A stretch of DNA of 64,000 nucleotides from the NCBI GenBank assembly GCA_963745025.1, contig CAVUWD010000020.1:32001-96000 (forward strand), in the 5' to 3' direction. Origin of the DNA: an uncultured delta proteobacterium. Its GTDB lineage: Bacteria > Desulfobacterota > Binatia > JACPRU01. A program made the position numbers and the translations under genes. Position 1 is the first letter of the stretch. Every line of letters starts with the position of its first letter. This document shows, piece after piece, positions 41,422 to 54,735 of the stretch. The notes beneath the pieces were generated by a model. It saw nothing but the letters and a program-made list of their open reading frames with translations. It searched no databases and was not told where the DNA came from.

Positions 41422-43313
41422 TGGGCTTTTCCTCGCCAATTGGGCTTGCCGCGCTGGTCTTCGTGGGCCTACTCGTCCTGCTGCATCTGCGCAGGCGCCG
41501 CCAGCGGGAAGTCGAGGTGTCGAGCTTGCTGCTGTGGGAAGCGGTGCGGGACGAGCCGCGGCGTGGCCGGTTCCGCCCGAACCTGCTGTTCGCGCTGCAG
41601 GCCGTCCTGCTCGGTGCGCTCGGCGTGGCGGTCGCTCGCCCCTACTGGTCCGAGCAGGCGGCCGCAGTTGCCGGCGGGCGCACGATCCTCGTCTTCGACG
41701 TCTCGGCCAGTATGCGGACGGTCGAGGGCGGAGAGCGGCGATTCGATCAGGCGCGGCGCAAGGCCGGAGAGCTGCTCGCCGGCCTTGCGCGCGACGTCGA
41801 GGTGATGATGATCGCGGTGGCGGCACATCCGCGCGTGATGGTCGCCTTCACGCGCGACCGCAGCGTGCTCGCGCGTGCTCTCGAAGCGCTCGAGCCGAGT
41901 GACGCACCGACCCGGCTCTCACTCGGCATCCAGCTCGCACATTCCGCAGCGGCTGGACACGTTCCGCTCGAAATCGACGTGCTCACCGACCTTTCGGGAG
42001 AAACCGTCGGATTCTCCCCGTCGGCGGGCGAGCGGCTGCGCTTCTTTCGTTTCGGGCGCACGGACGACAACGTCGCGCTGGCGGCGCTGCGCGTCTATCA
42101 GAACCCGTTTCAAGACGCCGGCGAGGCGCGCGGCTACGCGCTGGTCAAGAACTACGCGCACCACCCGAAGGAGCTCGCGCTCCACGTGACCCTCGCATCG
42201 AAGCCCGTGCTCGATGAAACCCTTCACCTCGCGGCTCGGGAATCCCGCGTCGTGCCCATCCGCACGCTTGCCGAGGCGGGCCGCCTCGAGGCATGGCTCG
42301 ACGTCGCCGATGCGCTCGGCGTCGACAATCGCGCGCTCGCCTTCGTTCAGCCGGCGAGGCGGATTCGCGTGCTCGCGGTGAGCGACAGCGCGGTAGTCCT
42401 CTCCGACCTGAACGCGTTGGCACACGCGGTGCCCGCCATCGACCTGCGCCGCGTCGCGCCGAACGAATTTCGCGCCGAAGACTCGCGGCTCGCCGAAGTG
42501 GCGATCTTTCACGGCTTCGAGCCTGCCGAGCCGATGACCGCGAACAGCCTCTATTTGTATCCTCCGGCGACCAACAGCTTGTTTCGATCGGATCGAGACG
42601 TCGTCGGGGCACAGATCCTCGATTGGAACGAGACCGATCCGATCTTGCACGACCTGCGTTACGTCGAGGCTTTGCCGCTCGATCGAGCGCGGCTTCTCGC
42701 GTTGCCGCCCTGGGCACACACGCTGATCGCGTCGCGCGCCGAAGGCCGGGACTTCCCCTTGGCATTTGCGGGAGAAACGGGCGGCCGCCGCATCGTCTGC
42801 TTCGCGTTCGATCTCGCCGGGCGGTCGCTGGTGAAGAGCGAGAATCTGAGCCTGCTCCTGTTGATGCTGAACGCGCTGCGCTGGCTAACGCCGCCCGATC
42901 CGAACGCGCCGGTGCAGGTAGACGTCGGCGACAGCTATCGGGAAGCTCTATCCGCGCCGCTTCCCTTGACCGTGGTGACGCCCGACGGCCGAACCGAGAA
43001 TCGCCCCGCGAAGCAGCAGGTCTCGTTGGAAATCTCCCGGGCGGGAGAGTATCGTCTCGCCGCGGGAAGCGAGCAGCGCACCGTCTACGCGAATCTGTTC
43101 GACGCGGACGAATCCGACGTCGGTCGCGAGAAGGGCCCTGGAGAGGAAACTCTCCAAGGCACCGCGGCGGAATCCGGCGCAATCGTCGCCGCGACTCTTC
43201 TTCACGAGCTCGGGCGGGCGCTGCTGGTTGCCGGACTCCTGCTCGGCCTTGTCGAGTGGGGATACTGGTCGTGGCTCGAACGCCGCGACAGGGGATCGGC
43301 CGATGCTCTCTGA
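41418..43313 (+). CDS. BatA-domain/vWA membrane protein
   Basis: N-terminal BatA 'LLHL...VSSLLLW', 'ARP' and MIDAS 'DVSASM'. Confidence 0.85.
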   Translation: MMGFSSPIGLAALVFVGLLVLLHLRRRRQREVEVSSLLLWEAVRDEPRRGRFRPNLLFALQAVLLGALGVAVARPYWSEQAAAVAGGRTILVFDVSASMRTVEGGERRFDQARRKAGELLAGLARDVEVMMIAVAAHPRVMVAFTRDRSVLARALEALEPSDAPTRLSLGIQLAHSAAAGHVPLEIDVLTDLSGETVGFSPSAGERLRFFRFGRTDDNVALAALRVYQNPFQDAGEARGYALVKNYAHHPKELALHVTLASKPVLDETLHLAARESRVVPIRTLAEAGRLEAWLDVADALGVDNRALAFVQPARRIRVLAVSDSAVVLSDLNALAHAVPAIDLRRVAPNEFRAEDSRLAEVAIFHGFEPAEPMTANSLYLYPPATNSLFRSDRDVVGAQILDWNETDPILHDLRYVEALPLDRARLLALPPWAHTLIASRAEGRDFPLAFAGETGGRRIVCFAFDLAGRSLVKSENLSLLLLMLNALRWLTPPDPNAPVQVDVGDSYREALSAPLPLTVVTPDGRTENRPAKQQVSLEISRAGEYRLAAGSEQRTVYANLFDADESDVGREKGPGEETLQGTAAESGAIVAATLLHELGRALLVAGLLLGLVEWGYWSWLERRDRGSADAL

Positions 43314-45951
43314 TCTCCTCTCGGGGAGAGCCGCGCTCGCCTTCGTCACGCCCCCGCGGCCGTGGATGATCGCGCTCGCGGCACTGATTTCGCTGCTGCT
43401 GATCTTCGCGGCGCGCCGACGTGCGCCGCTCGCGGCCCTGCTGCGGCTCGCGGCTCTGGGACTCATCTTGCTCTCGATTTGCGGGCTCTCAGCCGAGACG
43501 CGCGAAGGCGCGCAGGACCTCTGCATCGTGTTGTCCGAGGACGTGTCGGCGAGCGTCGGGGCAGCCGGGGAGCGGCTCGTGGCCGAGCTCGCCCGTGACC
43601 TGGTGCCGAGGCTCCGGCCGAGCGACGAGCTCGGCGCGGTGGCGTTCGCCCGCCAGGCTGAAGTGGTCGCCTGGCCGTCGGCCCCGCCCCGGCCGCCCAG
43701 CTTCGCACGGGTGAAGCTCGATCCATCCGCGACCCGGCTGGCCTCGGGCATCGAGCTGGCCGCGCCCCTCTGCCCCGAGGGCAGCGAGAAGAAGATCGTG
43801 CTCGTCACCGACGGCAACGAGACGATCGGCGAAGCGCGTCGCGCCACCGCTCTGGCGCGCGAAGCCGATGCCCGGGTCTACGTCGCAGTGCCCGGCGCCG
43901 GCCGCGCCGGCGGGCTTTACTTCGAGAAGCTGACCGCACCCCCACTGGTTCGCGAGGGATCCGTCTTTCCCCTGCGCGCGACGGTTCGCAGCGGCTTCGC
44001 CCAACCGAAGACCGGGTCGCTCGACATTTTCGTCCACGGCGAGCTCGTCGCCCACGAGACCCTGAGTCTTGATCCCGGCATCAATGTCTTCGAGGTCCCG
44101 TACCAGCTTCATGAGCGAGGGTCGGTGGAGATCGCGGCGCGGCTCTTCGGCGAAGGCCTGACCACCGAAGAGCGCCGGCAGACCTCGCTCGCCGTCGCCG
44201 GCCGGATCCGCGCGCTCGTCATCAGTCACAGCCGCGACAGCGCGCTCGCCAAGGCGCTTCGCCTCCGTGAGGTCGATGTCGAGTTCCGTGATCCCGCGGG
44301 CTTTCCTAAGCTCGAGGAGCTGCTTCAGTATCACTGCGTGATCCTCGACGACGTGCCGCGCAAGGAGCTTCCGGATGCGGCGCCCGAGGCGCTCGAGTCG
44401 TACGTCAAGAATTTCGGCGGCGGCTTCTTGATGACCGGCGGACCACGTAGCTTCGGGGACAAGGCCTACCAGAAGTCAGCGGTCGAACGGATCCTGCCGG
44501 TGAGCCTCGTCGAGCAACAGCCGAAGGCGAAGGGCCGGGCTCCGATGGGCGTCTTCCTGCTCATCGATCGATCGAACAGCATGGGTTACAACAGCCGGCG
44601 CCACGATATCCGCGACGGTGAGAAGATGCGCTACGCACGGGAAGCCGCGCTGGCGCTCGTCGAACAGCTGCGGCCGGAAGACCGCGTCGGCGTGATTGCC
44701 TTCGATTCCGATCCTTACGTGCTCGGACCGCTCCGGACGCTGTCGGAGCAGCGGGCGGCGCTCGAGGACCGGATTGCGCGCCTCCTACCGGGAGGTGGCA
44801 CCGACTTCAAGGCCGCGCTCGAGATCGCCACCGCGCAGCTCGTGCAGAGCGGCCTGCGCACTATGCACGTGATCCTGCTGACCGATGGCGACACGAACCG
44901 TGGACCCGCGGATCACACCGCGGTCATCCAGGCGATGAGCCGGCTCGGCATCAGCGTGACGACGATCCGCATCGGCGACGACGACGTGAATCTCGAATTC
45001 CTGCAGCAAATCTCCCGCGACACGGGCGGGCGCTTCTACCACGTCGAGGACATCGAGCGCTTGCCGCAGCTCATCGTCAGCGATAGCCGCCAGGCGCGCG
45101 GCGAGAAGGGCGAGACGGGGGATACGGCCGGGGACAAGCCCGCCCCGGGAGGCTCGTCGCGGCCGGCGATCGGCGAGGCGACCGAGGTCGTTCGTGGGCT
45201 CGTGGATCAGGAGTTCCCAGTCGTGCGCGACGTGCCGCAGACCAAGCTCAAGGGTGGTGCCGACCTCGTTCTTTACGTCAACGACGAGGGACAAAAGCAG
45301 CCGTTGCTCGTCACCTGGCTCTACGGTCTCGGCCGCTCGGCAGCGTTCCCCTTCGACCCGGCGCAGCCCGAGGCCGCCGGCTGGGCCGCCTGGCCCGGAT
45401 TTGCCAAACTCTGGTCTCAACTCGTCCGTTGGGCGATCCGCGAGGAGGCGCCGTGGGAGACCAGGCAGGCGGTGCGCTTCCGCGATGGCAATCCCTTCCT
45501 CGAAGTGCAGACCTTCGATGACATCGGCGAAGGCAACATCGAAGCGCAGGTATTCACCGCTCCGGAGCGGTCCGTGAGCCTCGCCTTGACGCCAGTTGCG
45601 CCACGCATCTACCGCGCCCCGCTGCCTCTGCTCCCGGCAGGCAAGTATGCTCTGCTGCTCACGCGTCGTGCGGGCGTGCAGATCTTGGGGCAGAAGCGGG
45701 ACGTGTTGGCGGTCGAGGCCTCGGCCGACGAGGCGGCGAGCGCCGAGCTGGCGCGCAAGCTTCCCGACTTCGAGCTGCTTCGCGAGATCGCCGCCGAGAC
45801 GGGGGGCTCGCTGAACCCGTCGATCGACGAGCTCGTCGCCCGCCACGGCACCAAGCGCCTGGTTCGACGTCAGCTCGATTGGCTTCTCGTACCCTTGGCG
45901 CTCACGTTGCTGCTCGCCGACATCGCGCTCCGCATGCGTCTCGAATCCTGA
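43303..45951 (+). CDS. Double-vWA protein with glutamine-amidotransferase-like domain
   Basis: 'DVSAS...TDGNET', 'GGGFLMTGGPRSFG', 'DRSNSM...LLTDG' and 'YGLGRS'. Confidence 0.85.
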   Translation: MLSDLLSGRAALAFVTPPRPWMIALAALISLLLIFAARRRAPLAALLRLAALGLILLSICGLSAETREGAQDLCIVLSEDVSASVGAAGERLVAELARDLVPRLRPSDELGAVAFARQAEVVAWPSAPPRPPSFARVKLDPSATRLASGIELAAPLCPEGSEKKIVLVTDGNETIGEARRATALAREADARVYVAVPGAGRAGGLYFEKLTAPPLVREGSVFPLRATVRSGFAQPKTGSLDIFVHGELVAHETLSLDPGINVFEVPYQLHERGSVEIAARLFGEGLTTEERRQTSLAVAGRIRALVISHSRDSALAKALRLREVDVEFRDPAGFPKLEELLQYHCVILDDVPRKELPDAAPEALESYVKNFGGGFLMTGGPRSFGDKAYQKSAVERILPVSLVEQQPKAKGRAPMGVFLLIDRSNSMGYNSRRHDIRDGEKMRYAREAALALVEQLRPEDRVGVIAFDSDPYVLGPLRTLSEQRAALEDRIARLLPGGGTDFKAALEIATAQLVQSGLRTMHVILLTDGDTNRGPADHTAVIQAMSRLGISVTTIRIGDDDVNLEFLQQISRDTGGRFYHVEDIERLPQLIVSDSRQARGEKGETGDTAGDKPAPGGSSRPAIGEATEVVRGLVDQEFPVVRDVPQTKLKGGADLVLYVNDEGQKQPLLVTWLYGLGRSAAFPFDPAQPEAAGWAAWPGFAKLWSQLVRWAIREEAPWETRQAVRFRDGNPFLEVQTFDDIGEGNIEAQVFTAPERSVSLALTPVAPRIYRAPLPLLPAGKYALLLTRRAGVQILGQKRDVLAVEASADEAASAELARKLPDFELLREIAAETGGSLNPSIDELVARHGTKRLVRRQLDWLLVPLALTLLLADIALRMRLES

Positions 45952-46009
45952 CGGGTGGTCGACAGAACCGGCGAGCCGAGATAAACGAAGAGACCATTCC
46001 GAGGTCGCC

Positions 46010-46783
46010 ATGCGCGTCGTACCGATCCCCGTCCTACTCGACAACTATGCCTACTTGGTCATCTCCGATTCCGGGGCCGCGGCCGTCGTCGATCCGTCCG
46101 AGGCGCCGCCGGTGATGGCCGCTGCCGAGCGCGAGGGGGTAGAGCTGCGAGCGATTTGGAACACCCATCATCACTGGGACCACGTCGGGGGCAATCGTGA
46201 CCTGCTGCTCGGCAATCCGAGCCTGGAGGTCTACGGGTATGCGGGCGACCGCGCGCGCATTCCGGGAATCACAAATCCGGTCGACAACGGCGAGGAGTTC
46301 GACTTCGGGGGGATCCGAGTGCGCATCATCTTCATTCCCGCGCACACCAGCGGCCACATCGCCTTTCACCTCCCCACCCACGAGGTGGTGTTCACGGGTG
46401 ACACGCTCTTTGCGGGCGGCTGCGGTAGGCTGTTCGAAGGCGATGCCAGCACCATGGTCGCTTCGCTCAACCGGCTGACGGCGTTGCCCGGCGATACCAA
46501 GATCTTCTGCGGCCACGAGTACACCGAAAAGAATCTCCTCTTCGCGTTGACGCTCGAACCGGGCAATGCCGCTCTCGCGGCCAAGCATGCGAAGGTCAAA
46601 GCGCAAAGCGAACGTCGGGAGCCTACCGTTCCGACCACGGTTGCCGAAGAGCTGGCGACGAACCCGTTCCTGCGCTGCGACAGTTCGGAACTCCGAGCGT
46701 CGATCGGCAAGCAGTTCCCCGAAGCGGTCGATGATCCGGTTGCGATATTCGCGCGCATACGCCAGCTGAAGGACGCGTTCTAA
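46010..46783 (+). CDS. gloB: Hydroxyacylglutathione hydrolase (glyoxalase II)
   Basis: 'THHHWDHVGG', 'FTGDTLFAGGCGRLFEG', 'CGHEYT' and 'TNPFLR'. Confidence 0.95.
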   Translation: MRVVPIPVLLDNYAYLVISDSGAAAVVDPSEAPPVMAAAEREGVELRAIWNTHHHWDHVGGNRDLLLGNPSLEVYGYAGDRARIPGITNPVDNGEEFDFGGIRVRIIFIPAHTSGHIAFHLPTHEVVFTGDTLFAGGCGRLFEGDASTMVASLNRLTALPGDTKIFCGHEYTEKNLLFALTLEPGNAALAAKHAKVKAQSERREPTVPTTVAEELATNPFLRCDSSELRASIGKQFPEAVDDPVAIFARIRQLKDAF

Positions 46784-46975
46784 GGTCGGTCGCGACAAGA
46801 ACCGCAACCGGCTGTAAACGTAGGTGAAAGTCGGTCTTCCGCCCGGAGCGCCCGGGCGGTGGTGGCGAGATCGCGGTTCGGCATTAAATTATGTTGCGTG
46901 CGGCGTCGTCCAACGCAATGAATGGTGGATTATCGAGGTTGATTGTTTTATTATTGCAAAAGAGAGGAGTGTTGA

Positions 46976-47266
46976 TTGAAACGTATCCCGGGCATAAGAC
47001 CCCGCTTCACGCGCTGTAGGATCGTGCGTCCGGATGGAAGCGTTCTTGAAGGATGGGAGATGTTCGTCGGTGAGCGCTCTTACGGCCGATCAAACAGCCG
47101 AACGGCGCTGCTGAAATCGTGGGAGGCCCGCTTGGAGGAAGCCGAGAACGGTAGGCCGTTCGCCTTCCGGCCGATGTACCGGCGCTCACAGCATCCCGAG
47201 CGTACCGCGACCAAGCGTACCGACGAAAAGACCAATCGCGGCAAGGCCACACGCCGCAGCGCCTAG
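46976..47266 (+). CDS. Small basic hypothetical protein
   Basis: GAGGAG RBS 6 nt before TTG, AT-rich upstream region and a terminator immediately downstream. Confidence 0.55.
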   Translation: MKRIPGIRPRFTRCRIVRPDGSVLEGWEMFVGERSYGRSNSRTALLKSWEARLEEAENGRPFAFRPMYRRSQHPERTATKRTDEKTNRGKATRRSA

Positions 47267-47280
47267 CGAGTCTAGTATCG

Positions 47281-47326
47281 AGAAAGGGTTCGGGGCTCGA
47301 GTCGAGCCTCGGACCCTTTCTTTTTT
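47281..47326 (+). terminator. Rho-independent terminator between convergent genes
   Basis: AGAAAGGGTTCGGGGCTCGA/TCGAGCCTCGGACCCTTTCT stem followed by a T-run. Confidence 0.8.
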
Positions 47327-47329
47327 CCC

Positions 47330-49129
47330 TCACCCATCGACCGGCGTCCGCGAACCCCGCCCCGCGTCGGCGTGTGCAGCGCGCGTCTCGTCGAGCAGCC
47401 GCACGAAATCGTCGATCGCGATGTAGCCGACCGTTCGATGCTGCTCTTTGCCGTCCGCGGCGAAGAAGATCGTCGTGGGAACGCCGAGCACTCCGTACTT
47501 GGACAGCAAGCTCTCCGTGTCCTTCGACATCTCCGTGACGTCGGCACGGAGCATCGCGAATTCTCCAACCTTCGCGGTGACCTCCGGTGCAGCGAATGTC
47601 GTCCGCTCCATCTCGAGACAGGGCAGGCACCAATCGGCCCGGAAATCCACGACGGCCGGACGGTCCTGAGCGCGAGCCTCGTCGAGGGCCTGCGTCGAGA
47701 ATTCCCGCCACGAGATGGCGCTCGCTTGCGGCGCGCGCAGCGCGGGCAGCGCAACCCAGAGAGCCGCCAGGAGCGCGCTCGCGCCTGCGGTCCGCTTGAC
47801 GAGAGCGAAGTATCGAAGACGCCGTCCGTGACCGTCGAGAAAGCCGAGGGTGATTCCCGCGCAACCGATCAAGCCCGCCATCGCCCATGGCAGCACGCGA
47901 GTGGGAAGCAAGGGCCGCACGAAGTAGAGCGCGAGGCCCAGGAGCAGGAAACCGAATACCCGCTCCACCCAAACCAACCATTCACCCGAGCGAGGCAACC
48001 GCGTGATCGATCCGGCGGCTGAGCCGAGCACCACGTACGGAGCGCCGAGACCGAGCGCGAGCGTAAAGAAGAGAAGGAACCCGAAGCCCGCTTCGCCTCT
48101 GGCACCGACCGCCAGCAGCAGGCCGACGACGATCGGTCCCACGCAGGGAGCGGCCACGACGCCCATCGTCAGGCCCATGAAGAGCGCGCCCGCGAGCCCG
48201 CCCGCCGTGCCGCCGAATCTCCGGAGCATCCAGGTAGGGGGTTGAAGGGTGTAGACGCCGAAGCTCGAGAGCGCGAGCGCGACCATGAGCGCCGCGATCA
48301 ACACCAAGGTGACCGGCTGCTGCAGCGCAGAGCCGAACAGACCTCCGGAAAGCGCGGCCGCCACGCCGAGGGCGGAGAACGTCAATGCGATGCCAAGGGC
48401 GTAGGCGCTCGCTAGCACGGTCGCCCGCGCGCGCCGCTGTCGTGCCTGGCCACCGAAATACGCGACCGTCACCGAGATGAGCGGGTACACGCACGGCGTG
48501 AGGTTCAGGCCGAGGCCCATGAGGAAGACGAGGGCGAGGGTCGGCGCTAGGCCGTAGCGGGTGAGCCAACTCTCGATCGGAGCCTCGTTGCCCGACGCAC
48601 GAGCGCTTGGGGCCTCGAGGTTCGTCGGCCGCCTGACGAGAAAGGTCCGCGCGACGTCCGCCGGCCGCAGGCAACGCGTGTCGTCGCAGGCCTGGTAATG
48701 GAGCTTCGCCTGGAAGGTCGCCCCCTCCTGGGTGAAGGCCGTTTTGACTGCGAGCGGAATACGGAAGCGAACCTGCCCGCTGTAGAGGAGCAGCGACTCG
48801 TCGCCGGCGAAACCGAGCGTGCGCCTTTCCGGAGCCGGATACTCGATCTCGCCCACCTCGAATCCCGGCGGAGGCGTAACCGAGAGCGTCGTGGGGATCA
48901 GCGCATCCGACAGCGGACGATGTGCGTTGACGTGCCAACCTTCGGTGATCTCGGCGAGCAAGAGGACGTCCAGCGCATCTTGCGAAGGCGAATAGTTCGC
49001 GCTCTCGACTTTCAGTCGGACGATCTCCGCCGGGATCGGTGGAGGATCCGCGGCCATGACCGGGGAGACGACCCGGACGAGCGTGCAGCCGATCGTGAAC
49101 AGTGCAGCCGCGACAAACGAGCGACGCAT
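47330..49129 (-). CDS. dsbD: Thiol:disulfide interchange protein DsbD
   Basis: 'YQACDD..C', 'LTPCVYP', 'APCVGP' and thioredoxin 'DFRADWCLPC'. Confidence 0.92.
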   Translation of the reverse strand: MRRSFVAAALFTIGCTLVRVVSPVMAADPPPIPAEIVRLKVESANYSPSQDALDVLLLAEITEGWHVNAHRPLSDALIPTTLSVTPPPGFEVGEIEYPAPERRTLGFAGDESLLLYSGQVRFRIPLAVKTAFTQEGATFQAKLHYQACDDTRCLRPADVARTFLVRRPTNLEAPSARASGNEAPIESWLTRYGLAPTLALVFLMGLGLNLTPCVYPLISVTVAYFGGQARQRRARATVLASAYALGIALTFSALGVAAALSGGLFGSALQQPVTLVLIAALMVALALSSFGVYTLQPPTWMLRRFGGTAGGLAGALFMGLTMGVVAAPCVGPIVVGLLLAVGARGEAGFGFLLFFTLALGLGAPYVVLGSAAGSITRLPRSGEWLVWVERVFGFLLLGLALYFVRPLLPTRVLPWAMAGLIGCAGITLGFLDGHGRRLRYFALVKRTAGASALLAALWVALPALRAPQASAISWREFSTQALDEARAQDRPAVVDFRADWCLPCLEMERTTFAAPEVTAKVGEFAMLRADVTEMSKDTESLLSKYGVLGVPTTIFFAADGKEQHRTVGYIAIDDFVRLLDETRAAHADAGRGSRTPVDG

Positions 49130-49145
49130 CAAGCGAGACGGTAGT

Positions 49146-49400
49146 GTCTCAGTCTTCGTAGGATGCTCGCCGATACGAAACGCGCGCTTGGTTTTTGTCG
49201 ATCCGTACTCGGATCGACAAAAACCAAGCGCAATAGCGCGAAGCGCTGAACTCAATAGACCAATTCGGTGGCGTATTTGTCTTCCGCGCTTACGCGCGGT
49301 TGCGCTCGGTTTCGATCGACCCGAGCGCGGGCCGATCGAAACCGAGCGCGCTATCCGGTGATCGAAGCGTTCGTACTGAAATTGACGCATCGACCGAGAC
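49146..49400. repeat. Symmetric multi-hairpin element, copy 2
   Basis: Perfect stems 49184-200/49215-31 and 49302-18/49333-49 (17 bp each, 14-nt inserts); GCGCGAAGCGC, ATAGACCAA and CTTCCGCGCTT shared with copy 1. Confidence 0.85.
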
Positions 49401-49409
49401 GACGGATTC

Positions 49410-50591
<1,182 letters not shown>

Positions 50592-50829
50592 ACGACGCTT
50601 CGAGGGTATCGGGGGCCGTCGATGGAGTAAAGGAGGGTCCACCGTCGCCGTCCGTTCCGTGGTTGCCGAAACGGCATTCGTGAAGCATGCGTTGGTTAGA
50701 CCCGAAGCGAAATTATCCGGGCGCGTTCAGGTCACGCAAGAAATTTCGGAACGCGGTTGGACAAGGGCGACGACAGTCTGATAGCGGGTGCGGTCGCCCG
50801 CGATGGGCGGGCCGAAAGGAGACGGAGCC

Positions 50830-51330
50830 ATGGCGATCATCACCTTGCGAGGAAACTCGATTCACACGGCGGGCAATCCGCCCGCGGTCGGCAAGCAGGC
50901 CCCAGATTTCATCCTGGTCGACGGCAAGCTCGCGAACAAGAGCCTCGCCGACTTTGCCGGCAAGAAGAAGCTCCTCAGCATCGTGCCGAGCCTCGACACG
51001 CCGGTCTGCGCGCTCTCGACGAAGAAGTTCGACGAGCACGCGAAGACCCACTCGGACACGGTCATGCTGTTGATCTCCGCCGACTTGCCCTTCGCGCAGG
51101 GCCGCTTCTGCGCCGCCGAGGGGACAACGAACGTCGTTCCGCTGTCGATGATGCGCTCGCGGCAGTTCGCCAAAGACTACGGCGTGCTGATCGAGGATGG
51201 CCCGCTCGCGGGCATCACGGCGCGCGCCGTCGTCGTGCTCGACGAGAACAACAAAGTGCTCCACAGCGAGCTCGTCCCGGAGATCGCGGAGGAGCCGAAC
51301 TACGCAGCGGCGCTGAAGGCCCTCGGATAG
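50830..51330 (+). CDS. tpx: Thiol peroxidase
   Basis: 'VPSLDTPVC', '[13 protein letters not shown]' and 'EPNY'. Confidence 0.95.
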   Translation: MAIITLRGNSIHTAGNPPAVGKQAPDFILVDGKLANKSLADFAGKKKLLSIVPSLDTPVCALSTKKFDEHAKTHSDTVMLLISADLPFAQGRFCAAEGTTNVVPLSMMRSRQFAKDYGVLIEDGPLAGITARAVVVLDENNKVLHSELVPEIAEEPNYAAALKALG

Positions 51331-51337
51331 CCGGTCG

Positions 51338-52635
51338 ATGCGCCGGGCTCGCAGTCCCCGGTTCGTCGCGCGGCACGGCGACGTCCGAGAGGCGCCTCGA
51401 AGCCTCGCCGAGCGCTATCGTGAGGTGCGGCGGACGACCGACCGGCTCGCCGAGCCCCTCTCTCCGGAAGACTGCACGGTGCAGTCCATGCCGGACGCAA
51501 GCCCGGTCAAATGGCATCTCGCGCACACGACTTGGTTTTTCGAGACGTTCGTCCTCGAGCGCGGCCTCTCGGACTATCGGCCGTACCATCCGCAGTTCCG
51601 CGTTCTCTTCAACTCCTACTACAATGGGGTGGGCGCGCAGCACCCGCGCCCCGAGCGCGGCTTGCTCTCGCGCCCTTCGCTCGACGAGGTCCGGGCGTAT
51701 CGTGCCGCGATCGATCGCCGGGTTCTCGAGCTTTTCGAGCGCTCGGCAGTCGAGCCGCTCGCCGATACGATCGAGCTCGGCCTCCATCACGAGCAGCAGC
51801 ATCAGGAGCTGATCCTGACCGACGTGAAGCACATGCTCTCGTTGAATCTGCTCCGTCCGGCGTATCGCGATTGCGCGCCTGCGCCCGCGCGGGACGTCCC
51901 GCCGCTTCGCTGGTTTCATCACCCCGGCGGCATCGCCTGGATCGGTCACGGCGGAGGGTCGTTCTCCTTCGACAACGAGCGACCGAGGCACCGTGTGCTC
52001 GTGGATGCCTTCGCCTTGGCGTCGCGGCTCGTCACCAACGGCGAGTACTTGGAATTCGTCGAGGACGGCGCATACGCTCGACCCGAACTCTGGCTCTCCG
52101 ACGGATGGGATGCCGTGCGGTCGCAAGGCTGGCAGGCCCCGCTCTACTGGCATGGCGATCGAGACGCGTGGAGGGTGACGACGCTCTCGGGTCTTCACGA
52201 CCTCCGACGGGACGAGCCCGTCTGCCACGTGAGCTTCTACGAGGCCGACGCGTTCGCGCGCTGGTCCGGCGCGCGGCTGCCGAGCGAATTCGAGTGGGAG
52301 ATCTTCGCGGCCAAGACGACGCCGGACGGCAACTTCGTGGAAAGTGGATGGCTCCATCCCACCGGTCTCGAAGCTGCAGCGTCGGATGCGCCGGCGCAGC
52401 TCTTCGGCGACGTCTGGGAATGGATGCAGAGCCCCTACGCCCCGTATCCGGGTTACCGCCCGCCTGCGGGGGCTCTCGGCGAGTACAACGCCAAGTTCAT
52501 GTGCAATCAACTCGTGCTTCGCGGCGGCTCGTGCGCGACGCCGAGGTCTCACGTCCGTGCGACCTATCGGAACTTTTTCCCGCCGCAGGCGCGCTGGCAA
52601 TTCAGCGGCATTCGCCTCGCGCGCGACGGCGCGGC

Positions 52636-52639
<4 letters not shown>
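51338..52639 (+). CDS. egtB: Ergothioneine biosynthesis sulfoxide synthase EgtB
   Basis: 'QSMPDASPVKWHLAHTTWFFE', 'HEQQHQEL' and 'YRNFFPP..RWQFSG'. Confidence 0.93.

Positions 52640-54734
<2,095 letters not shown>

Positions 54735-54735
<1 letters not shown>

Noticed and set aside
50592-50829. FMN riboswitch upstream of ribB
   Set aside because: The RFN consensus blocks (e.g. GGGCAGGGTGAAATTCCCGACCG, GTCTGGATG) are absent; it looks like a divergent promoter region.
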